A stretch of DNA of 64,000 bases from IMG/VR virus record IMGVR_UViG_3300027782_003691, one strand, 5' to 3'. This DNA is from an uncultured virus (IMG/VR IMGVR_UViG_3300027782_003691) (taxonomy: Duplodnaviria > Heunggongvirae > Uroviricota > Caudoviricetes). Positions within the stretch are counted from its first letter, which is position 1. The number at the start of each line of letters is the position of its first letter. This document shows, piece after piece, positions 44,791 to 52,642 of the stretch. The position numbers and the translations under genes are program-made. The notes under the pieces are model-generated. The model was not told where the DNA came from. It was given only the letters and a program-made list of their open reading frames with translations, and ran no database searches.

Positions 44791-44819
44791 ATTTTAATGC
44801 TAAGTGATTTAATTGTCAA
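44791..44819 (-). promoter_or_regulatory. sigma70-type promoter for leaderless leader-peptide mRNA
   Basis: TTGACA-17-TAAAAT. Confidence 0.75.
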
Positions 44820-44924
44820 CTTCTTTTTAGGAAGTTTGTAAAGTTATTTAGTCAATGTATAAATTATACGCAAATAACCGTATAAAAGCAAGCATTTTGA
44901 TAAAAATAGTTGCGTTATTACAAC

Positions 44925-44943
44925 AAAAAGCCCCGAAGGGCTT
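44925..44943 (-). terminator. intrinsic terminator after AAA ATPase
   Basis: AAGCCC-TTCG-GGGCTTTTT. Confidence 0.85.
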
Positions 44944-44947
44944 ATTA

Positions 44948-46003
44948 TTAAAACGCATATGGGTTATAAGTTTTTGCCTTAATGCGAGTTAGCATCAACC
45001 GAATGCCGTTGTTCTCAAAAACAAATCTGGCACCGTTGTTATCCACCTTGACTAAATCTTGTGGGCTAAAGCGATTGCGTGTCCATGTGCTATCACCATC
45101 CTCGTCCTTCTCCCCATCATACTCAATCTGAACAGTATTGGCAAGTGGGTTACCTTCAAAAACTTCAGGATAAGTTGTAACATCAAGTACTTTACCTTCA
45201 ACAATCAATGAAATATCATACCGGCATCCTGAATCAAATTCAGGCTTGGTGTTTAGAATTTTCATTGCGTCCTGCGGAGCTTCGTTGTAGCGATTCATTT
45301 CTTCAACAAGTGCTTTAAGCATGTCAAAGTTAAACTCAGCGAACAAGTTAGTCAATGAACAAATACGTTCAATGTGTTCCTTGTGTTTAAGATTATCTTC
45401 GCAGTATTCAACGATAAATTCTTGTGACAACCCAGTAAAGTCAATCATGTAAAAAATACGACCAGGACGATTACGCATATGTTGATCAACACGCCACTTG
45501 TCATTACAAGTTAGAATAAACAATTTCTTACCTGAGTACACTCCATCCAGTAGGGTAAGAATAGCTTCTTGCTCGTCTTTGTCATAGACCTTTTCAAACT
45601 CGTCAAACAAGATAACACAAGGTTGACTAATAGTTTGTAATAGTGTGTTAAACTTCTCGCCTGTAAACGCATCGTTAATAACAATGGTTGGTACCTCTTG
45701 CTTAGCCAGCTCAATGCTGATCTTTTTGCTTAGTAATGTCTTCCCCGACCCTTTCTCTCCTGTCAGCATTACGCCAGTAGAACTAGGACGTTCCCAGAAT
45801 GTGTTGATAATACGATCTGTATTCTTAAGTGTATCACCGTAAATCTTACCTGATACCGTAAAGCTATCAATGTGTTCAAGGTACAAGTTTTCAAACATGT
45901 CAATCTTGATTACATAGTTGCCAGCTGGCAATGTAGAATGAATATCCATTGCTTCTTCTGAAGCGACTTTGTATGTATTACCTGATTTTAAAAAGTGTGC
46001 CAT
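44948..46003 (-). CDS. AAA family ATPase
   Basis: GEKGSGKT, ILFDEFEK, LTCN, RPGR. Confidence 0.9.
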   Translation of the reverse strand: MAHFLKSGNTYKVASEEAMDIHSTLPAGNYVIKIDMFENLYLEHIDSFTVSGKIYGDTLKNTDRIINTFWERPSSTGVMLTGEKGSGKTLLSKKISIELAKQEVPTIVINDAFTGEKFNTLLQTISQPCVILFDEFEKVYDKDEQEAILTLLDGVYSGKKLFILTCNDKWRVDQHMRNRPGRIFYMIDFTGLSQEFIVEYCEDNLKHKEHIERICSLTNLFAEFNFDMLKALVEEMNRYNEAPQDAMKILNTKPEFDSGCRYDISLIVEGKVLDVTTYPEVFEGNPLANTVQIEYDGEKDEDGDSTWTRNRFSPQDLVKVDNNGARFVFENNGIRLMLTRIKAKTYNPYAF

Positions 46004-46031
46004 GATTTTCTTTAAATGGTTGTGTGTAACT

Positions 46032-46060
46032 ATTATAAGCTATACAAGGAATAATGTCAA
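46032..46060 (-). promoter_or_regulatory. sigma70-type promoter
   Basis: TTGACA-17-TATAAT. Confidence 0.8.
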
Positions 46061-46072
46061 TGATTTTGGTAT

Positions 46073-46097
46073 AAAAATAGGGACCGAAGTCCCTATT
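46073..46097 (-). terminator. intrinsic terminator after tmRNA
   Basis: AATAGGGAC-TTCG-GTCCCTATTTTT. Confidence 0.88.
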
Positions 46098-46490
46098 GCT
46101 ATTTTCTGTTACTAGGTATAACTACCCTACGCCAGTGATTAAACTGCGAAAGTTTCGGCTTTCACTGAACCACGAGCAGAGAAACGAATTCCTTTGCCAG
46201 CTGATACAGTTACTTCGCCTTTAGATGCGTTTGCGTCTAGGTTTTTTGCTTGATTTGCGGTCATCGCCTACCGTGTAGATCTCCTTGATACTAATCACCC
46301 CGTCGAATCTAAGTCGGGCCCATTAGGAAGAACTCTCTTGTCGTTCATAACATACACCTAGCTGTTTATGTATATTACTAATTCCACTAGCTTACAGATC
46401 ACTAGGGAGAGTTCTTTCTGGTGGACCCGGGGAGGCTCTGCCCCTCCCGTCCGAAGCACCTTTCTCTTAAAGCATTAAACTACAATTCTA
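46098..46490 (-). ncRNA. ssrA: circularly permuted two-piece tmRNA (acceptor piece ~46490-46419, intervening segment, coding piece 46321-~46098)
   Basis: GGGCCCG...GATTCGAC 5' end; upstream GGAC-T arm-CGGGTCC-ACCA; G3-U70; tag frame 46234-46139 ANASKGEVTVSAGKGIRFSARGSVKAETFAV*. Confidence 0.9.
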
Positions 46491-47233
46491 TTTTGTGGCA
46501 TACTCTTCCTTAGTCTACCACTACTAAACCCATTATTTAAGTATTCCTGCTTTTTACTTAAATCTATAAAATGTTCTTTGATACCATTATTTACCCAACA
46601 TTCCTTGGCAAGGTGTCCTTTTTTACCTCTAACCCAACCTTCTGGAATAATATCACTTATTCTAATACGTTTCACTTCCTTTGTCAATATATTAGATATC
46701 CATATTCTCCCAAACTGCGAATTTTTTTCACCTTGACTATGTCCTATTTTTAAAAATGTAGTTTTTCGTTTAGCTTTTGCTTCTGGCGTAGTTGCTTTTT
46801 GTCCTATCGTTTTCATTCTATCAGGAGCCCTTGACCATTCTACTGTTTTTTGAAACTCAGGATCTTTAAATGGATTATTAGATCTACTAGCACTTTTCTT
46901 TCCACCTAATCTAGATTTTTCAAGATGTTCATCACTACCATTCCAGTGATCCCATCCTCCGAGGCCACCTTTGTGCATATTGTAAGTATCGTGTCTTTTC
47001 ACAAAATCTTCTGTAACGATTTCTGCTTCTTTGACGGCCATTTCTTCCAATGAAGAGCAATAGTATAAGACTTCTTTATTAAAGTTTTCTATGCCATATT
47101 TTTGTATGGCAGACATTATCTGTTTGCCGGATCCATAATATCCGTTTATAGATGGATGTAGTGATGATTTATGTTTTCCGACATAAATCTTACCATTCGT
47201 TAAATTAGTGATTTGGTAGATATAATAATACAT
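46475..47233 (-). mobile_element. free-standing GIY-YIG (Seg-like) homing endonuclease gene
   Basis: YIYQITN..NGKIYVGKH...YYGSG...E...YN; C-terminal NUMOD-like repeats (GEKNSQFG, W.NNG, G...GR). Confidence 0.88.
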
Positions 47234-47339
47234 AATTGTATTTATGTAGGACGAGAGTTCGGCTCTGTCTTTTCAGGCAAAGCCGGAACACTTTTTACTT
47301 TACTTCATACAACAATTCTTCAATACTATTTATTAATCT

Positions 47340-47415
47340 TGGTGCCCCCGGAGGGATTTGAACCCCCGACCAAGCGATTATGAGTCGCCTGCTCTCACCA
47401 CTGAGCTACAGGGGC
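47340..47415 (-). tRNA. tRNA-Ile2(CAT), lysidine type
   Basis: Core GAGCAGGCGACTCATAATCGCTTGGTCG matches enterobacterial ileX as recalled. Confidence 0.85.
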
Positions 47416-47427
47416 AACTTAAACACT

Positions 47428-47456
47428 ATTATAACTACATTAACTATAATTGTCAA
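47428..47456 (-). promoter_or_regulatory. sigma70-type promoter
   Basis: TTGACA-17-TATAAT. Confidence 0.8.
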
Positions 47457-47823
47457 GGAATTTTTGTATATTCCCGTACAATATAGCCAACATAGCTTCC
47501 TTACTATCAAAAAACATCATGGTAATAACTGTAGGGTTTACTGTGAAATTTATGTTGTCAATATAATATGGATACTTTAATTTGCGATCCAGTGTCAGTA
47601 AAATCTTTGACTCATAAAAATCTATTGCATCAAGTTTGACCTTGTGATTCTCCAACTCCAAATAGTTAGACAGTAAACTATAACCCTCGGTAGTTAACCG
47701 AAACCCACCCTCTTTTCTTGTATTTTCCCAAATAATCTGATACAGATCTTTAGCTGTAGTCATATCCGAAAATCCTTCAAAGTGCTTGTATAGCTCTGCT
47801 GTAAATTTTCGCTTATCTCGCAT
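47440..47823 (-). CDS. hypothetical protein
   Basis: 127 aa, in operon. Confidence 0.65.
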   Translation of the reverse strand: MRDKRKFTAELYKHFEGFSDMTTAKDLYQIIWENTRKEGGFRLTTEGYSLLSNYLELENHKVKLDAIDFYESKILLTLDRKLKYPYYIDNINFTVNPTVITMMFFDSKEAMLAILYGNIQKFLDNYS

Positions 47824-47831
47824 ACCAATCC

Positions 47832-48116
47832 CTAGGGATAAACTTGCTGGCCTTCTTTCAACAATATTACTGAAAATTTATCAGTCTTGAATTGTATATT
47901 GAGTTTTTTGGCAAGATTAATAGCGTGCCCGGGATTGGAGAACGATACCTTCTTATACTTGGGTCCGGGATACTGAACCAGTATATTGGCCGTTTTAATA
48001 TTGATAGGTTTGCTATCAAAATAAACAGCCCAGATTCCGGCGGATGCTAGAATCTGTTCTGATTTGTATTGCTTATTAGTAAGTTCAGCAAGAACTTGAG
48101 GTTTAGGTCTAGACAT
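47832..48116 (-). CDS. hypothetical protein
   Basis: MSRPKP...GPKYKKVSFSNPGHA; TAAATA upstream. Confidence 0.7.
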   Translation of the reverse strand: MSRPKPQVLAELTNKQYKSEQILASAGIWAVYFDSKPINIKTANILVQYPGPKYKKVSFSNPGHAINLAKKLNIQFKTDKFSVILLKEGQQVYP

Positions 48117-48146
48117 AGTCTATTATTTAGCAATAATATACTGCTA

Positions 48147-48356
48147 TTAAAACTTACCGCCCGACAGTTTAATCTCAATAACCTCTTCTTTTTGGGGCTG
48201 CAATGCTGATTCCTTTAGAGTCCTAAGCTCTAACAGTAATTCAGTCAAATCAGCCGCCATTCCCTTGGCATCTTTCATGGGCATGACAAAATCTTTGCCT
48301 CCCCTTGCATCGTTCCCACGTACCCGTTCAATGAACTTTTGTAAGTGTATACTCAA
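48147..48356 (-). CDS. hypothetical protein
   Basis: Coupled 69-aa ORF. Confidence 0.6.
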   Translation of the reverse strand: MSIHLQKFIERVRGNDARGGKDFVMPMKDAKGMAADLTELLLELRTLKESALQPQKEEVIEIKLSGGKF

Positions 48357-48727
48357 TGTTCTCTCTTTAGGAAGTTTTTCAGATTAGGTGGAGTCCAACC
48401 TTCTGGCTTGAGAATTTTTCCATCCTCCCTGCGGCGAACCTTACCCAACTGACGATCAATTTTAGAAAGATTTGACGCCATCACTTCACGCCATGCGCCT
48501 TCACCATCGGCACCCATACTATTGATAGCACCAATGGTAACTACTAAAATATCTACTAGTGCATCAAGCGTTTCTACTGGATCACCAGCAGCGATAGCTT
48601 CTGATAGTTCGGTATATTCTTCTGTAATTAAATTACAATACATCTTAAACTGCTCATCATTCATGCCTGTGATGGTTTGCTCACATGCTGTCATGAATTT
48701 GTCTTGATCGTGAAATGGATTGGTCAT
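48353..48727 (-). CDS. MazG-like/PRA-PH nucleotide pyrophosphohydrolase
   Basis: LITEEYTEL...LDALVD...SNLSK...DGKILKP. Confidence 0.85.
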   Translation of the reverse strand: MTNPFHDQDKFMTACEQTITGMNDEQFKMYCNLITEEYTELSEAIAAGDPVETLDALVDILVVTIGAINSMGADGEGAWREVMASNLSKIDRQLGKVRRREDGKILKPEGWTPPNLKNFLKREH

Positions 48728-48728
48728 T

Positions 48729-48956
48729 TTAATTTTCCTGTGGTAATTTGTAAGTAACTCGTTGTGTGTTAGTGGCACCAGTCATTGGAGATGTCAATTC
48801 AGGTAATGTTCCGCCTAACTCTAATACTTGTTTTCTTAATTCTGTAATTTCTTGTAAGGCTGCTATGTACAATGTTTCCCATGGTGGTCCATAGTTGACA
48901 GCATTTTCTAGTACAGCAACTATGTCTTGATCTCGTATGTTCTTTACTGTATTCAT
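48729..48956 (-). CDS. hypothetical protein
   Basis: Coupled 75-aa ORF. Confidence 0.55.
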   Translation of the reverse strand: MNTVKNIRDQDIVAVLENAVNYGPPWETLYIAALQEITELRKQVLELGGTLPELTSPMTGATNTQRVTYKLPQEN

Positions 48957-49399
48957 TTAGGTTCTGCCTCTTGTTTAGTATGATATGGTCCCTGATAAGG
49001 GTATCGTTTGAGAACGATTAGTTTAGGATCTTGTTCAGCTGTCCAATGGCGACCTTTCTTAACGGTATACCAACCGGCAGCATACCAGCTTTTACTTTTC
49101 TTTTGTTTGTTGTACACGGGTAACTTATGCTGTACGTCCCACATGGGATTATGTACTCGACCTGCTGCTTGATAACCATGTACTATGTTTGAAGTTTTCT
49201 TTTCTGGCTTGGGTATGGTTTCAAAAGTAACATTGATATTGCGTTCAACTAATTTGATAGTTTTATATTGCGCTACTACTTGATTATTAATTTTAACCTG
49301 ATATCCGCCATCACATGCTTCGATATTGCCGATCTTGTTGTTATCTTGTTGCAAGATCCAAAATTGTTTGTCTATTACAGGTTTGGCAATTAAACTCAT
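48953..49399 (-). CDS. hypothetical protein
   Basis: Coupled 148-aa ORF. Confidence 0.65.
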   Translation of the reverse strand: MSLIAKPVIDKQFWILQQDNNKIGNIEACDGGYQVKINNQVVAQYKTIKLVERNINVTFETIPKPEKKTSNIVHGYQAAGRVHNPMWDVQHKLPVYNKQKKSKSWYAAGWYTVKKGRHWTAEQDPKLIVLKRYPYQGPYHTKQEAEPK

Positions 49400-49605
49400 T
49401 CTCCATCTCCGTCTTTATATAGAGATAATTCTGATTCAAACCAAAGTCCAAAATCTTCGGCATTTGCGGCTACATACATATGGGTATCTGGTGAGTGCTT
49501 TGTAAGATCATACACTACCTCTGTTATTGTAAAAGTTTCAGTAACCCATGGTACTCTTACTACATCTCCTACTTTATATTTTGATTCTCTAATATTATCT
49601 TTCAT
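49396..49605 (-). CDS. hypothetical protein (SH3/YorP-like)
   Basis: SKYKVGDVVRV...WFESEL. Confidence 0.55.
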   Translation of the reverse strand: MKDNIRESKYKVGDVVRVPWVTETFTITEVVYDLTKHSPDTHMYVAANAEDFGLWFESELSLYKDGDGE

Positions 49606-49793
49606 TACTTTATCCTCTTTTTACATTCTTCCATTACTGCTATTGGAAAATCTGGATGCCAGTTTCCCTGCAACATACGGCAATCATATGTTATCGTAAC
49701 ACGATCTTTATCTTGTTTTGCTAGTATAAAAGTTAACGATATTACAAATAACGCTATAATAAGTGTCCCTATACCAAACAAAAAATTAAGCAT
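49605..49793 (-). CDS. small membrane protein
   Basis: N-terminal hydrophobic helix; YDC...HPDFP...C. Confidence 0.6.
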   Translation of the reverse strand: MLNFLFGIGTLIIALFVISLTFILAKQDKDRVTITYDCRMLQGNWHPDFPIAVMEECKKRIK

Positions 49794-50787
49794 TTAATAT
49801 TCCACTATAAGTTTTATTCATCCAACTGCCAAATGCTTCGGCATTTTCACTACATTTAACTAATTCGTATTTCCCACAAAACTGTAAGAAACGTACTCCT
49901 ACTTGACCCACATCCTTGTGACTAACCTGTTCCTTGATACTGGTATCAATAGTCAGCTTAACATCTTCGGGTTGTGCAGTCAAGTCAACTAATGTTACAT
50001 TACGATTGTAGTCATCCAGCACACGATGTTCTGCACCATCTGGATCAGTCCAACGTTGTAACATCATGTTGTTCCAAGCGTATCCTTTTTTGCCACGGTC
50101 CTCGAATGCTTCCGTAAGTCCAATCTTCTTCTTAGTACCATTAACTCGTACTCCCGGGTATGCTGAGAAGATGTTATCCGTTGAATCGCCGCGCATACAC
50201 TTTTCGAAGAGTAGCCACTGCGGTTTAGCTGGCGGCTTAGGTTCTTTAGTTTTCTTATCGATAACAATTTTTCCTTTATCATTAAAGGTTCCTTCAAGGG
50301 TGATTAGTTCGTCGGTTATACCGTTATATTGTTTGACATTGGGTGCTACTAACTGAACGAAGTCGGTATCACTACTGATAATGACATGTTCATCTTCAGG
50401 GTGTAATGCTATCCAGCGAGCTATAATATCATCGCCTTCTGCGGTGGGACATCGTATAACACTACAATTGGTCTTCTCGCCCAAGTATTTAGTTAATGCA
50501 TCATACGTTTCCCAGAACATTTTATCCTCGTCGGATTCCTGCTCTGTGAGTGCTTGTTTAGCCACTGCACGGTTAGCTTTATAGGGCTTATAAAAGTCCT
50601 TGCGCCAGCTACGCCCCTCTAGGGCAAAAACTACATGGTCAGCTTCAAAGCGGCGTGCCATTTTATTAGCAGCCATTAGTGTGACGTGTAGGGCGAATCC
50701 TACCTTTTCCCAAGTGTCGCCCGCACGGAAAGCACCATGCCTAGCACGAAAGAAAAGGTTAGCTGTGTCGATAAGAATATATTTCAT
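49786..50787 (-). CDS. rnh: T4 RNase H-like 5'-3' exonuclease (FEN family)
   Basis: ILIDTAN, SWRKDFY..YK.NR, EGDDII, SSDTDF.QL, GDSTDNI. Confidence 0.9.
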   Translation of the reverse strand: MKYILIDTANLFFRARHGAFRAGDTWEKVGFALHVTLMAANKMARRFEADHVVFALEGRSWRKDFYKPYKANRAVAKQALTEQESDEDKMFWETYDALTKYLGEKTNCSVIRCPTAEGDDIIARWIALHPEDEHVIISSDTDFVQLVAPNVKQYNGITDELITLEGTFNDKGKIVIDKKTKEPKPPAKPQWLLFEKCMRGDSTDNIFSAYPGVRVNGTKKKIGLTEAFEDRGKKGYAWNNMMLQRWTDPDGAEHRVLDDYNRNVTLVDLTAQPEDVKLTIDTSIKEQVSHKDVGQVGVRFLQFCGKYELVKCSENAEAFGSWMNKTYSGILNA

Positions 50788-50792
50788 ATGTT

Positions 50793-50821
50793 AGTATAGC
50801 AGTCCAAGTATTAAAAGTCAA
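50793..50821 (-). promoter_or_regulatory. sigma70-type promoter, leaderless
   Basis: TTGACT-17-TATACT, ATG 5 nt downstream. Confidence 0.65.
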
Positions 50822-50844
50822 ACTACATTTAGAATTAGTTGATA

Positions 50845-51228
50845 CTATCCAACCTCACTCATACCACCACCAACATCTTTAGACTTAACCACACGATTAT
50901 TCATGGCTTCGTACTGTTCATATGTTTCCAATACTACATTGCGGCATACATTAGTAAACCAACGATCTACAATGTCAGCATCAGTATCATTTTGATCCAT
51001 CATGTAACCATGTCTAACTAGATCAGCAATAAACTTTTCGTTCCAATCTAGTTCGAACGACCCCATGCCCATGCCATTTGGATCAATATCCATGCTGACG
51101 ATATTGACATATGACTCACCTCGTTCAGTGGCAATATCCTTAGCCGTCTTAACTGGTGTTGACGGTGCTTCTGGTGCTGCTTGTTCTACTGGCTTCTTTT
51201 TAAACCAATTTTTAATCATGTTGTACAT
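50845..51228 (-). CDS. hypothetical protein
   Basis: GSFELDWN...IVDRWF; start uncertain. Confidence 0.65.
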   Translation of the reverse strand: MYNMIKNWFKKKPVEQAAPEAPSTPVKTAKDIATERGESYVNIVSMDIDPNGMGMGSFELDWNEKFIADLVRHGYMMDQNDTDADIVDRWFTNVCRNVVLETYEQYEAMNNRVVKSKDVGGGMSEVG

Positions 51229-51271
51229 ATCTATTATTCCTAATGCTGCGTCTGGCGTTAATAAAAACACC

Positions 51272-52114
51272 TTAAGTTCCCCACTCATTTTTAAAGAGTG
51301 GAACTTGTAAACGATCACTGTAACGTAATCCGTTCGCCATGGCTAGTTCTGCTACACGACGATTGTTAAGTGCATATACACTTTCAACCCCGCCGACTGG
51401 CATCAAATAAACTGGACCTTTAAATCCTGCTGTTTGATAAATCTGTGTAACTGCCAGGGCTTCCTCGACATCTTCTTCAGTAGCCACTACAAACTTTAGG
51501 TAAGCATAGCCTGTGTCTTGATATTCCAGTACAACTTCAGGTTTAATAGCATCTTCACGTAACTCGCCTGAATTACTAAGTTTAGCACTGATCGAGAATG
51601 TAACTTCTCTATGCCAATGTTCAGCAGTCCATTCACCTAGAAAATGTTTGAACTCTGGCGTTAACGGCTGAGTGCCATTAGTTTCAAAAGTAATTTCACG
51701 CAAGTCTTTCATCTTATCATGGTTAAGCAAGTTTGGATAAGCACGTTGCCAACCTAACAATGGCTCGCCACCTGTAATGACTAGATGTTCCATTGCCCAT
51801 TGTTTATACGGTAAGATCTCCATAATGCGATCTACGATGCCATCAGTTTCCATTAATGGACTTAGATTCTTAAATTCCGGCATCCAGGAGGCATATGAGT
51901 CACAGCCAGAACTCACTAATGGCAGCTCATTATATGTTTGGTAATTAGCTACTACAATATTATGTCTTTCTTGACTTTTCTCTCCGCGTGGCATACCAAA
52001 GCCATCGCAGGTAAAATTACAGCCGAATGTACGTAGGAAGATTGAGGGTACTCCCATATATCTGCCTTCACCTTGAATACTATAAAACAACTCTGCTACT
52101 TTTAATTTACTCAT
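51272..52114 (-). CDS. queE: 7-carboxy-7-deazaguanine synthase (radical SAM)
   Basis: ELFYSIQGEG, FLRTFGC, CDS, TGGEP, ETNGT, RL terminal motif. Confidence 0.9.
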   Translation of the reverse strand: MSKLKVAELFYSIQGEGRYMGVPSIFLRTFGCNFTCDGFGMPRGEKSQERHNIVVANYQTYNELPLVSSGCDSYASWMPEFKNLSPLMETDGIVDRIMEILPYKQWAMEHLVITGGEPLLGWQRAYPNLLNHDKMKDLREITFETNGTQPLTPEFKHFLGEWTAEHWHREVTFSISAKLSNSGELREDAIKPEVVLEYQDTGYAYLKFVVATEEDVEEALAVTQIYQTAGFKGPVYLMPVGGVESVYALNNRRVAELAMANGLRYSDRLQVPLFKNEWGT

Positions 52115-52307
52115 TTTTAAATTCCATATGTGGTAATATATCGTTATCAAATATCTGCGCCATTTGACGCCATAGTGATTCGCGCTCTGCCTGTGTGGTG
52201 CCTGATGATAACTTACTAGCAAAGTTATCTCCAGTAGGTTTTTCGAGCCCATAGTCATGTCTATAAGTATAACACATACTAGTTATGATTTGTTCTCTGG
52301 TTTTCAT
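52107..52307 (-). CDS. hypothetical protein
   Basis: Coupled 66-aa ORF. Confidence 0.55.
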   Translation of the reverse strand: MKTREQIITSMCYTYRHDYGLEKPTGDNFASKLSSGTTQAERESLWRQMAQIFDNDILPHMEFKNE

Positions 52308-52641
52308 ATTTTCTTTCCCATTCTAAGTGGTTATGCATCGCTGCACCGGAGAAGAACTTATTACCTACTTCAAATTTAATCCCATTTAAAGTAAATGATT
52401 TTAGTACACGGTCGCCGTTCCACCAGCCACGCTCACAATTGATATAACCTTCCGATTCCAGTTGGGTTCGTAGTGCTTTAAACTCAGGACTGTCATCATT
52501 TCTGACACTGGTCATAGGTTGGTAACCTTTTAAAATTCTAACTAAGTCATCAGCAGTAGGATTCTCTGGATTTTCCAAACTACTGATGACTTCACGTATA
52601 GTTACATCAAAGGGTTTTGATTCGTCAATTGTAAAATTCAT
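52279..52641 (-). CDS. hypothetical protein
   Basis: ~120-aa ORF in operon. Confidence 0.6.
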   Translation of the reverse strand: MNFTIDESKPFDVTIREVISSLENPENPTADDLVRILKGYQPMTSVRNDDSPEFKALRTQLESEGYINCERGWWNGDRVLKSFTLNGIKFEVGNKFFSGAAMHNHLEWERKYENQRTNHN

Positions 52642-52642
52642 G

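Noticed and set aside
46475..47300. Group I intron in the tmRNA carrying the endonuclease
   Set aside because: Flanks are too short for P3-P9 core elements; a duplicated target segment explains the layout better.
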